The notes under the pieces: model-generated
Databases searched by the model: none
What the model was told of the DNA's origin: nothing
What the model saw: the letters and a program-made list of their open reading frames with translations, nothing else
DNA from: Eledone cirrhosa
Lineage: Eukaryota
Reading direction: 5' to 3'
Assembly: GCA_964016885.1 (NCBI GenBank)
Contig: OZ024742.1
Span: 262,818,001-262,882,000 of the forward strand
Length of the DNA stretch: 64,000 nt
In this document: positions 21,881 to 34,124 of the stretch, one piece after another
How the letters are laid out: every line of letters begins with the position of its first letter
How positions within the stretch are numbered: the first letter of the stretch is position 1
Program-made: the position numbers and the translations under genes

Positions 21881-22146
21881 TCTAGTATAGAAGAACTGCC
21901 TCAACCTTTGTCTGACCGCAGCTATTCCATGCACACGCACGCCCTACAGAGTAGTTCAGTTGTACAGACGCGATAGACAACAGAGGCCACATGTTGTTCC
22001 TCTCCGACTAAAAACTTCCTCCCTCGGAAAACACCCCGTTGATGGATGCGAAATCCCCAAAATAGGGACAATTAAACATAGAGAGAGCAACAACTAAACG
22101 TTAAAAAAAATAATTATCAAATAAAATGCTAAGTTGAGCTACTTAC

Positions 22147-22220
22147 AATATTTGCAGACATGTCATGTCGTCTAGAATCCATTGGGGAGTTATTTCAGTG
22201 AATAATTAAAAAGAAAAAAA
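22147..22220 (-). CDS. Putative start-codon exon (ATG at 22182; MDSRRHDMSANI)
   Basis: Acceptor ctatttcAG, 12 codons and a perfect GTAAGT donor in phase 0, compatible with the downstream phase-0 exons. Confidence 0.45.
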
Positions 22221-22811
22221 CTGAAATAGATATAAGAATAATATTTATAGAAAATCTTTATGTGCAAATTCTTTTTTATTTTTTAAATAGAAGAGGTAGA
22301 TGAAGACCAAGAAAGACATAGCTAAAGATAATGGAAGAAGAAATGAAAGTCGGGGTGGTTGGTGACAGGGATGCAAAGGATTAAGGGAAATGGAGAAGCT
22401 TGTCATTGGAAAATGGCCTTAAAATGCTTGTTGTCTTTTTAATCTTTCCAACTAAAATGTTTTTTTTCTTTGTTTGTTTGTTTATTTGTTTTTGTTATAC
22501 AACTCCATTCTATATTATATTCAGCTGGAAAATTTACCAACCTTAATACAATGAGACAAGGAAACTTCCACATGGTTGTTCATCCTGCTAGAGATAGCAG
22601 CCAAACCTACTGGCTTAGAAAAATGAAGGACACACTACATAATGTACACCAAGATATACTATGCCTAAGATAAAGATGAAATGATCAAAGCTGGATTGCC
22701 TTTCATCATAGGCCACTCAATCATGGTTAACATTAACAACCGCTAATTATATGTATACTAAATAGTCAAGATAATTCATTAGAATTTAGAAAAGTTTGTA
22801 ATTCATTCAAG

Positions 22812-23763
22812 GCCCATGTAACATTTCAGTTCTAACACATGCATCATATAATCTGCCCTTCACTCTGAAAAAGAAGCCCTTTGTTGCCAGCAGAGATATC
22901 AACTCCCTGCACTTTTTCCACCTTGTTCTCACTCTTCTTATAACTCTTTTGGTACATCCATCTCCACAACTAATGAGATATAGACAGCAAAAGCTGATAT
23001 GTCCTCCTGACCCTTTGTTTAGCAAGAAGTTTTCAAATGGAATTCTTACTTACTAAAACTTTAGTCTTTGCTAGGTTTTGCTTCTATGATTGGAACTTCG
23101 CTAGTTCTATCATTTCAGCTATAACAGCTAGCTTAAAAGCATATAGGAGTTCCCACAGACAACCTTTCTTGAATTCATATGGAGGATTATAATATAGAAG
23201 GTGCTGAGGACTTATTCTTAGTGCATCCCCACTGGTATACTAAACTCGTGCCTTTCTTGTTGCTGGTTTTACTGGTTACGTCTCTGTACAACCCTCACAA
23301 GCCATTCTTCTATCCTTAACTTTCTTAGCAACCACCAGACCGTGGAATTCTGTCAAAGGTTTTTTCCAGGTCGATGAGTGCTAGATATAGGGGCTTATTC
23401 TTAGCTAAATACTTCTGTATCTGTCTAGCTAGGAAAATGGTATCCACAGTGCTTCTCCTGGTCACAAAGCCAAATTGCATTTCCTCAAGATTAATATTGC
23501 ACAATTATCTAGGGACAGAATTAATCTTGATGAGATACATTATTGATTGCGGAGAATATGCAAAGGCTGGAGAGAAATGAAGCAATCATGTTCCGATGGG
23601 TGTACAATGTCAATGTGCGTGAACGACCAAGCATGGAGGAGTTGAGAGTGAAAGTGTGTATAAGAGGAATAAACTGAAGGACAGTGACGAATGGAGAGAT
23701 GTTGTGCTGAAGAAGACCTTTGCAAGCAAGGAAAAGTGGACGTATGATGATGATGATGATGAT
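22812..23763 (+). mobile_element. Old RTE insertion with a 5' inversion
   Basis: The RT segment is on - (about 23490-22812, ending RLYDACVRTEMLHG). The continuing 3' segment (..QRLERNEA..) and the (GAT)n tail are on +. Confidence 0.7.
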
Positions 23764-24007
23764 TCATATTACATAAATAATTGTTTCTACTTTGAGCACA
23801 AGGGCAGCAATTATCCTAGTACGTTACTGGTACTTTATTTTATCGACTCCGTAAGGATGAAAGGCAAATTTAACCATAAATAATAAACGATGTATAACAG
23901 CTGGAATTACTTTGTGTTAGTCTCTATAATAGTAATTATTGAAACAAGGGTTAGGATAAGTATATCGTTAGTTATGATTTGGGTTTCAGATCACTCATCG
24001 ACTCGTG

Positions 24008-24083
<76 letters not shown>

Positions 24084-24479
24084 GTTGTTTGCAAACAGCC
24101 AAACCTTTGTTGATGCTAACCTTTTAGGAAAAAGACTATAATACATGTTTATTTCCGAAGCGATCTAACGTAAGCACATGGTTTATTGAGATCCTTGTAA
24201 ATGTTAAAATAAACACTGGAGTAATGTATTTCGAGATCTATTGAAGTTCGTGAGTTTAAATAAATTCACCATGTTTATTTATAAAGAGGAAAATATTAGA
24301 CGAAGGAAATAAAACGCTATAGACCTCCTGTTATAGATCTCCTGTTATAGATTTTTTAGGGAACAAGCTAAACTTTAAATATTTACATTAGACTAACCAC
24401 CCTAATATAAATATTTCCTTGAAATTAAAACATAATTTATGAAAATTACTTACGAACGTTAACTATCATTGCAGATTAA

Positions 24480-25020
24480 GAATTTTGAATCCGACGTTTC
24501 GATGAATCTAGCCAATGAAAGCACAGCATTTCTAAACAGTGAATTATCACGCATATCGGTGTAAGATATAAAAAGAGGACTCTATAAATTCCATCCGTAC
24601 ATTGGTTTAGGGGTAAATTCTGATTATATTAAACGGAAAAAATGAAACGAAATTTCATTTCCCACTCTTAGTACGGCTGTTACTTAAATATAAGTATGTA
24701 CACGTACATACATATATGTATACAGTAGTATGTATATATATATACATACATGCACACATATATATATGTACGTATGGATTCACCGAACATTTATTATAAT
24801 GCTCGGTGTGTTTGTAAACAAACATCCCGTATTAAGCCGTAGTGTCTAGCAACCATCGTTGCTCGTTTGTTCAACACTGACAAAGGAACGCTGTACTAGT
24901 TTCAAGCTTATTAGCTATCGTCAGCAACGTATACCTTCCTGCCAGATTGTTGAAGTCTGAAAGTATATACTTACCTTATGCATATTAACGGCTGAGTAGC
25001 CCAATTTGCATATCGAGTGG
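24480..25020 (-). promoter_or_regulatory. Candidate promoter / non-coding first exon
   Basis: Repeat-free and relatively CpG-rich. Contains a CCAAT box (~24511), an RFX X-box-like GTGTCTAGCAAC (24842-24853), the octamer ATTTGCAT (~25004) and a minus-strand donor AAG|GTAAGT at 24975. Confidence 0.4.
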
Positions 25021-25785
25021 TTAAAAGTATACAAATAAATTAATTTAATTTCCTGTTATGAAGCTAGATTCCTTGTAGTTTATATAAGATTGGTATTTCT
25101 CACTACTACCCTTATCCCAAAATTTTATTTTCCTTCGTTTTTAACATTCTTTAATAACATCTAATTCTTATTTATCACATCCATATGAATTAATATAAAT
25201 TTATCCCTATAAATATACCTATCAATTAATTTAATGTCTTGTCATAGATCTAGATCCTTGTGGTTTAAATAAGATTGGTATTTCTCACTAATATCCTTAC
25301 CCTAAAATTTTACTTTCCTTCGTTTTTAACATTATTCTTTAATAACATCAAATTTTCGTGTACCTTTCACTGCCTTGACCTCTTTTCATCCCCAAAGTAT
25401 TCTTTTCATTCAAAGTATTCTTTCTATTCAAAACATAAGTTTTCACTCCTCTACATAAGTCTGCACTCCTCTAAATTTCTACTACTACTATTCTATCAAC
25501 ATGACCACTTACTACTTTTCTATTGGTCAATTCAAAACCTGTTCCCAAACAGACCTATTATATTAAATCTTTGTTGGGTTTTTTTCAATAAACAAATCTC
25601 ATCATTTCTGAAGACAGCATATATATGTGAAGGTATGTATATTTCCTCTGATAGTTTCTAATATTTTTACATAGATCTATATGATATACATACCAACACA
25701 CATATATATCCGAGAAATGATCGTAAAATGATGAATTTTTTAATATAAGGAACTTGTTCTTTGTTTTTATTCATTGTTTTTATTA

Positions 25786-25820
<35 letters not shown>

Positions 25821-25824
<4 letters not shown>

Positions 25825-26208
25825 TAAACGGAATAGAAAATGCTGACAAATTGTTCACAGTTGAAAAATGGTTTAATTAGGAATAAAAGAGTATTAGTGA
25901 TTGTATGGGTTAGTATTCAGTTGTGGTTTTAAGTTTTTAAGTTTTTACCGGTTGCGCATTTCTAAATGCTTTTCAAAAATAATTTTGAGATAGAGTGTCC
26001 GTGCTGTTTGCTCTGATCTGAGCAAACAGCACGGACACTCTATCTCAAAATTATTTTTGAAAAGCATTTAGAAATGCGCAACCGGTAAAAACTTAAAAAC
26101 TTAAAACCACAACTGAATACTAACCCATACAATCACTAATACTCTTTTATTCCTAATTAAACCATTTTTCAACTGTGAACAATTTGTCAGCATTTTCTAT
26201 TCCGTTTA

Positions 26209-26212
<4 letters not shown>
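25821..26212. repeat. Perfect 193-bp-arm palindrome inside (TA)n
   Basis: 25821-26013 is the reverse complement of 26020-26212, with the 6-nt spacer TGATCT. Confidence 0.95.
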
Positions 26213-26250
<38 letters not shown>

Positions 26251-26764
26251 TAGTAGTACAGATTAAAAATGTAAGAAATGAATTACTGCTTTCACCCTAA
26301 GCAGGATCATCTGCAACTAGGAAAAATCAATCGGTAGACGTAGAAGTAAATATTTAAACAAATTACGACCAAATATTGCCTCTAGAAAACAGAAAGACAT
26401 AACGCTAGTGTCTGAAGACGTTCTCTTGAGATGAGCGAAATGTATGCAATGAGAATTACATCATTGTGTGGAGCGGGAAGAACAAATTGTTGCTATGAAA
26501 AAAATCATATTCTCACTATGAAAAAATCAGGAGACTAATATTCTTTTTAGAATAACCGTATAATTCCCAGTTACCATATTTGGAAAATGATAATAGTTGT
26601 AAAATGAGTAAACATAAAAATACTGAATGTATTAATAATAGTAAAAATGATAATAATAATTGTTTCTAGTTTTGGCACAAAAACAGCAATTACTCCTAGT
26701 GCATTACTGGTGCTTTATTTTATCGATCCCGTAAGGATGAAAGGCAAAGTTAACTTCGGCATAT

Positions 26765-27840
26765 CTTCTTTATTAACCACAAAGGGTTTACAAAAAATAC
26801 TTTAAAGACATCACAGGACGGTACAATATGGATTTCTGTGTGTAAAACAAAGGGAAACAAAAATAAAAGATGTAATAAAAAAAATGGAGACAAAGGAAAA
26901 ATCCCCAATATGGGAGAGACCACCAAGGGTTACTCGTGGAGAAAGCCCACAAAAACCCAATGTCACCCTGACTGCTGGTGCAAGCACCCTCTCCTGGTTG
27001 TCCTCCTACAATACTACTGACACATGCTCAGGGCAGGTCCATTCACACAGACCATTCTTGCTTCTCTCACCCACTTTTCAACAAACTGACTGGAAGGCAG
27101 CACTACTCTCTCCACCCTGATTTTCTTTTTCAGGTGAAACCTGAAAAAGTTTATGAGAGTTTCACCAAAGAGGAAAGTACCCATCTTCAACCCTTTTAGA
27201 CACATCCACCATATGACCTCTTTCACCATGGCCACCAGGCAGATAAAAACTGCCTGCCTTTCCTGGTTAAAGGATGGCAGCAGGACAATATTCACGATGG
27301 ACTCAGCTAATAGCCGGATCTGTCCTACATGCAACAGCAGATATTTGACATAAACCCACAAATCAGCAATACTCGGACACATGATGAGTGCATGCAGGAT
27401 GGTCTCATTGCCCTGCGTGCATCTCGGACATGCCCAGCTGACAGCAATTCCATGCTAGTAAAGTTTATCTCGGACTAGTGGCACTGCCAGGCCAGGGACC
27501 TCTGGAAGACATCCATTGGCCTTGGACCGAAAGCTCCCGAAGAGAATAGCTTAGTTGGTCTTTGTCGACACCCAAAGTTTCCCCAATGACACCATCGTTC
27601 TTGCCCTCCACTAACCTTCTATAGAACTCCAAGATGAAGTTTTCACCCATCGCAGTGCCTGATTGGCAAGGGGCAGTGAGCACTTGAAGACATTCCCGTT
27701 TCCAAGTGCTCCCTCAAGGTCTCCACTTGACCCAGGATTGCAGCTCTGTCAAGGAGATGAGCTGGGAAAAAACATACCTAGCAAAAGGCGACCACACATG
27801 TTCACCGTCAATGAAGATCTGGAGATGTCGTAGCCTCAGA
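26765..27840 (-). mobile_element. Tx1/L1-clade LINE 3' fragment
   Basis: C-terminal zinc knuckle CPRC..ETILHALIMC, a T-rich 3' UTR and AATAAA at the end. It abuts a SINE fragment (26660-26760). Confidence 0.75.
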
Positions 27841-27973
27841 CCAATTTTTATACAAATTATATAGTATGGTAAGAAAAAATAATATTAAAATTTTTTTTAA
27901 ATGGATAAAGATCCTATAACTCTTTGTGGGGTCGTAGAGGCACTGTCATGTGGTGTGTCTAGGGCACTTTTAA

Positions 27974-28193
27974 CCCTTTAGCATTTAAACTGGCCATATC
28001 CAGCCAGAATTCTCTCACCTCTTTCTGTTAAAACCAGCTGTAACTGGCTGCTCATACTTACATTAAGGTATTGTTCTCAAAATAATTACGTCAAAATCAC
28101 GTAGATTCAATATTATGTGAGATAATTATGTAAGATAAAGCCTTTACTGTGAAAATACAATAGTAAGTATAGAATAATGTAAATGCTAAAGGG
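27974..28193. mobile_element. piggyBac-like MITE
   Basis: Perfect 14-bp TIR CCCTTTAGCATTTA flanked by TTAA on both sides. Similar degraded elements lie at about 1480-1711 and 44832-45400. Confidence 0.85.
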
Positions 28194-28259
28194 TTAAACC
28201 TGGCAGAGCCCAACCCTCTCCAAGTCTGAACACAGTCAATTTTTTCTATAGAGGAAGAA

Positions 28260-28416
28260 TCGGCCCAGTACTGGACTGGTACTTTTTTTATCAACCTTGT
28301 AAGGATGAAAGGCAAAGTTGACCACGGTGGGATTTGAACTCTGAGCGCGCAATGAGGTGGGACAAATATCATAAAGCATTCTATCTGTCTTAACAACTCA
28401 GCCAATTCGCTGCCTT
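28260..28416 (-). mobile_element. tRNA-derived SINE
   Basis: Same family as 425-642. Confidence 0.75.
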
Positions 28417-28737
28417 AAAATTATGGAAGCTTAAATTGGTATTTATTTAACGATTAGGAAGATTTCAATACGAAGGAATAAAATGCTACTTCCTTCTGTA
28501 TTTGAAAGAAACACATGTAAATCAATTAAATAATGTATATACATGCAAAAACACACACACACACACATATGTGTGTGTGTGTGTGTGTGTGTGTATGTAC
28601 TGTTTCAGAAGAATTCATCAGGAAAGTCCTGTAGAAACCATTTCTATATTAAACTTCATGTTTACACTCTACTAATGTATTGAGTTCCTTACTAACTGTG
28701 GTTACCCCTGATTGAACATGGGACTCATATATATCTC

Positions 28738-29690
28738 CTTCTTCTTCACCCACTTATTCCTGGTAGAGTTATTGGGGCAGAGTCCTCAAACACTCCTTCC
28801 AGAAGCAACCATCTCCAACTGATCTGGCTGGATCCCCAAGCATGACCAACCAAGCTCATGGATGTTATCCAATCATCTTGCTCGGGGTCTACCCTTGAAT
28901 CTCCTACCTGTTGATTTCACCCATAAAATCTGTCCTCCCTTTTGATTACTGAATGCTGAAGCTGGCACATTACTGCACCAGATTTTGAAATTCTTGCACT
29001 TAATTCAGCCTCATGCCTTTCATTACTCATGAACATGGCCCCGAAGTACTTGAACTTTTCTACCTGCTTCAGTGGAACTCCATTCACATGTAGCATGCAC
29101 TGCGCAGGCTTCCTTGAAAGGACGAGCCTCTCAGTTTTTGCAGCACTGATTTTCATTCCAGTCATGCAGCACTCAGCATCAAACTTATCAAGTGCAAGTC
29201 GAAGATTATCTTCTGTCGAGTTGAGTAACACCATGTTGTCTGCAAATTCCAGCTGACTGATTTTACATCCGCCAGTCATGATACCAATTCCAGCCTGGCT
29301 GTTCATGAAAATAATGAACAGGAGAGGGGACAGTACACAGCCTTGGCAGAGTCCAACTCCCACAATGAATGGTTTTGATTTAGCACCATTTATCCAAACA
29401 CAAATACTTGAGCATTTGTATAGAGACATCAGTGCAGCAAGAAGCTGACCATCAATCCCATACTCCTGCACAACCTTCCACAGCAGATCCCAAGGCATGT
29501 GGTCATATGCCTTCTCAAGGTTGACAAAACAAGAATATACTTCTTGGTAATACTCCCACAATTTCTCGAATACCTGCCGCAGTGTGAATACTTGGTCGGC
29601 TGTGCTGCATCTGGGGTGAAAACCACACTGTTCATCAGCTAGCTTGGACTCTACAATATCCCTGATCTCTTTGCCAGACACCTAGCATAA
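28738..29690 (-). mobile_element. 5'-truncated RTE LINE (family of 3250-5880)
   Basis: 254-aa RT frame (QGCVLSPLLF, FADN) and a 3' end matching 5700-5880. Confidence 0.9.
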
Positions 29691-29899
29691 ACCCAAATAA
29701 TAAAATTTAAAATTTTCAACACACACACACAAAGTATATATGAGGCACTTTTAAGTGTTTTTCAAATTAGTCCACAGGCATTTTAAAGAATTCCAAAACA
29801 TTTTTTATTCAAATATTGTCCACCCAAAGCAGCAGCAAAAACAAACACAGCCACTAGAATCATGCCAGAAACAGCCACTCCTAAATGACCATTTCAACT

Positions 29900-32800
29900 A
29901 CTACTGTACACATTCCAGATATTCAAATTTGCTTCCTCCTCAAAGTACCCAAGTGATTGAACACTACCATCCTCAATGTCTAGAAGAGGAGCTGATAACT
30001 CTTCAAAATAACATTGAGTTGAAGCCTAAATTCCACAAGTGCTATCAAGAATTTTGGCTTCAAAAGGCTATCCGGAAGAAAGTCAAATTGTTCTTCATTG
30101 CATTTCCAACATCATATTTGGTTGAGAAAGGATTCAGTGTGGTCACTCGCCTTCTTACGAAGCAAGCTCCAAATTACAGAACATAGAGAGCTCAGACTTA
30201 TTCTTAGTACAATTCAGCCTGAGATTGAGAAGCTACTTTCACTTTACCAAACTCATCCATTTCATTGAACCCGTTCCCTAAAATCTTATTTGGATCGGTT
30301 GTTTTAGTGGTATACTATTGACTCCTCCAATATACACTGTAAAATTGTGCATTATTTTATTGAGTAAGAATATATTATGTAGAAAGGTTTCTTTTTTGGC
30401 GGTGGATTGGGGGATGCTATGAATTTATTATTATGTATTGTATACATGATATAATCACCTTGATCACCTTGACCGACCAGTCTGTCGGGCGTCCATTCGG
30501 CGCCGCTGGTCACAGCATGCCATCCATTCCTCTCTGGATCGTGCTTTCCTTATCCATGTATTCCCAATCATATTCCTAAAATCGTAACTCCAACTTCGGG
30601 GAGGCCTTCCAAGTGGTTGTTTCCGCTCGCGCGAGTACCACTCGGCAACTGCGCGGGTCCACCGATTATCGGTGAACCGGGCGACGTGTCCAGCCCAACT
30701 GAACTTGCTGAGCATATATTCCGCGATGACGTCCCTCACACCGGACTTCTGTCTGATGACTTCGCTCCTGATGTGCTCTCTCAACGAGATTCCTAGCATT
30801 GATCTCTCCATGGCTCTTTGAGCCATTACCAGCCCCTGCTCTTCTCTCTTCGTTGTAGCCCAAGTTTCACTGCCATATAACATTGCAGGTAAAACTGTGC
30901 TATTGAAGAGGTTGGCGCGGGTAGTCTTGTCCAACCTCCCCTTGAGCACATCCCTTATGCCGTTGAATGCCTTCCATCCGGCCCTTACTCTCCGCGAGAT
31001 CTCCCTCTCAATGTCTCGGCGCATGTTCACTTCTTGTCCTAGGTAGACGTATTCCTCCACCATTTCATCACCGCCAACCACCATTCGATCTGTTGGTACG
31101 TTGTCGGACCGCATGAACTTAGTTTTCATGCGGTTCATCTTGAGGCCTACTGCAGAGCTTTTGATGTCGAGCTCTGTCAGCATGGTCTCAAGCCAATCCA
31201 TGGTTTCAGCGATGAATACGATGTCATCAGCAAAACAGAGGTGGGTAAGTATCTCGTCGTTGATGTTGACATCGCCTTGCCAGTCAATGCCTCTGATGAT
31301 CTGCTCGAGACACGCGGTGAAAAGTTTTGGAGAGATCGTATCTTCTTGCTTCACTCCCTTCTCGACCGGCACTCGTACGGGTGATGACTGCAGAGCTGTC
31401 AGTGGCGCATCCGGAATTCGCCTCTTTGAACAGTTGAACGTATTGTGCCTCGACTCCTTGCCTCTGCAGCGAGTTCAGCACTGCATCTTGTACTCTTTCG
31501 CTCGCTCAAGCAGTTGTGTCAGAGTAAATATGTGGTCCATCGTGCTGTAGTTCTTCTGGAAGCCGGCTTGCTCTCTCGGTTGCTGTTCGTCCAGATGACG
31601 TGATAACCTGTTCAGCATTATCTTCGTGAACAACTTGTACACGTGAGACAGCAGGCATATGGGTCGATATTCTTCAGATCTCTATCGCTCTTCTTGTATA
31701 GCAGGATGGTATTCGACTTTTTCTACTGCGAGGGTATTCTTCCCTCGTCCAGATAGTGTGTGAATCGCTCAGTGAGGATTTTCCAGAGCTGCTCTCCGCC
31801 TGACTTCAACACCTCCGATGTTATGCCATCTTTCCGCTTTTCATCAAGCCGACGGCTCTTTCGACCTCACTGACAAGGATGGGTGGCACATTTTCTTCCT
31901 GTTGGAGTGACGGCAATGGCTGCACATTCCCGGCAGACTTGAAGAGCTTGGTGTAGAAGTCTTCGCAAACCTTTTCCACCTCACTCTTGTTGCTGACCGG
32001 TACTCCAGCTGTATTCTTCAGGGTCGCCACCTCTGATCTGTACATTGCCATGTTCCTCTCGCATTTCTTGAGGCTCTTCTTTTCCTCTGCGGCCTTCAGG
32101 AGCTTCTCCATCTGGTATGCCTCGAAGTCTCTCTTCAGTTGTTGACGTATCACTCTGCTGAGAAGGGAATATTCAAGGTGATCTTCAGGTGTCCCCTTCA
32201 TATTCTTCCTCTTCTTAAGCAACTTCATAGTTTCCTCCGAGACTCTTCCCTTCCACTCCCTCGGGCACACACCCTTAGCCTTCCTCAAGCACTCCTTCAG
32301 TTTCCTTATCAGTGAGTCGTAGTCAGCGTCTATGCCGTCTCCTTGACGCCAGTCTCCTCCTTCTTCCTGAATAGGCTGTTTCCGATGTAGAGCCGTCTCG
32401 GCTTTGCCATGGTGACCAGATGCTCTCCTAGGCCGAATCTTCCGACATACTCTTCCCCTTGCCGTCCCTGTCCAACCTTTGCATTGAAGTCTCCCATCAC
32501 GACAGTGTAAGTGGACTTCACAGCTTGCACTTTGTCTAGCTGATGATAGAATTCTTCCACCTCATCGTCGGAGTGCAATCCGAGCGATGAGAGGCTGCTA
32601 AGTATCACAGGTTCCCGAAAGCCGCCATGGAACAGGACTAACCTTGCCATATGCACCTACAACTGCAGGTCTTTGGCAGGGGGGCAAGGACTGAACCACC
32701 TAATGGAGGAGAAGATCAGGTGCGACGTGTTAGGGCTGTGCGAGACCCGCCAGAAGAAGGAGGCGAGTTCACGATGGCAAGATGGATGCGCCATGAGACT

Positions 32801-33171
32801 CGGGAAAGCAGAGGGTGCCAGATGGGTCGGAGGTATAGGGTTCATCGTAAGCAAAGAATGAGCTTCAAAGGTCGCTTCTTGCCAGTTCATATCATCATGG
32901 ATTGGTGTAATGAACGTGAACCTCTCAGGGAAGGCCACTCTCAAGATTGTCCAGACCTAAGCTCCCACAAGTGCCAGCGACGACGATGATATAATAGTAT
33001 ATTAAATATCAAATGATACATATTATATATAAATAAATAAATATTTTTTATTTTACTATATTATATAATATTTATAATTTGCGTGTAGATAGGTCTCTCT
33101 GGAAATGAGGAGGGAGGTCTGACGGTATTACATGGCCGTGAAGGGGGAGGCAAAAAGTTTGAGAACCTCTG
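29900..33171 (+). mobile_element. hAT (Charlie/Buster-like) 3' relic interrupted by an RTE
   Basis: Dimerisation-domain motif FIAFPTSYLVEKGFS. The terminus AGTTTGAGAACCTCTG is a Charlie-type TIR. Confidence 0.7.
30456..32985 (-). mobile_element. Near-full-length RTE LINE with an inverted 5' segment and a 10-bp TSD
   Basis: RT (FADD, LYGSETW) and the endonuclease C-half are on - (32570-30464). The endonuclease N-half is on + (32571-32989). TSD ATGATATAAT at 30446-30455 and 32986-32995, with an (ATCAAGGTG)n tail. Confidence 0.92.
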
Positions 33172-33962
33172 TGGTTTAAGCCAATAATGGTCCAGATATT
33201 TTGTATGACTGAACCACTTGTCATTTACCATTCCCTGAATACTGCTTATAGAATTCACATATCTGTATTAATTTATCTACACCTATCTTATCCATTTCTC
33301 CTTCTTCCTCTTCATGTCTTTCTATCTAAAATACTATCCTCCATATATCTCTTCCTTTCTATTCTTTCATGATATTTCTTCTATTTTTCCCTTTAATTTT
33401 TGCTTGCCTTCTACATATCTCTATATGTAAAAATGTTCTTATTCCAGTTTGAAAATATGGTATGTCTACATATAAATTTTTGAGTAGTTGGATTCCATTT
33501 AATTTGATTGAAAGAGTCAAATGTTAGTGATCCTAGACTGATTATATAACACATACAAAGAAACACATGCTAGTGTTATGCAATAAATGATGATCTCACT
33601 CTTCTAGAACATGATTTAAATAATTTTGTAAATTTCTATATATTGTGGGTGCAGGTCCCAAACTATGGTTCTGCTGTGAGAAGGGTTTGGCACAGCCAAC
33701 TGGCCAGGCCAGTTCCACACTGTAAATGTGATTGGTGTTAGGAAAGGCATCAAGATGTAAAAACGCTGATTTACAGTCCTGTCATAGCAAGGTATGGCAT
33801 GATCAATTCTCGCCAGACTTGTCTATCAACACAGATGGCCCATCTGACCCATGCAAGAACGGAAAATAGATGTTAAACGGTGATGATGATATATATCTAC
33901 ACACATATATATTACAGCCAAACATATCTCAATGGATAGTGTGGACACTATGCAGGTTTATT

Positions 33963-34010
<48 letters not shown>

Positions 34011-34124
34011 AATAAACCAAGTGTAAAGTTTGGTTGTTCTTAGCTACCACATGACACATATTAACTGCATAGTGTCCATACTATCCGTTGAGATATGTTT
34101 GGCTGTAATATAAAAATCTTTATA

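Noticed and set aside
24490-24510. CGAAACGTC hammerhead half on the minus strand
   Set aside because: No CUGANGA core upstream.
25065-25350. ~100-bp direct duplication (also short duplications at 24318-24352 and 34795-34846)
   Set aside because: Ordinary local tandem duplications with no further structure.
26405-26455. Hammerhead-like CTGAAGA-stem-GAAA
   Set aside because: Stem I and the NUH site cannot be formed, so it is at best a decayed remnant.
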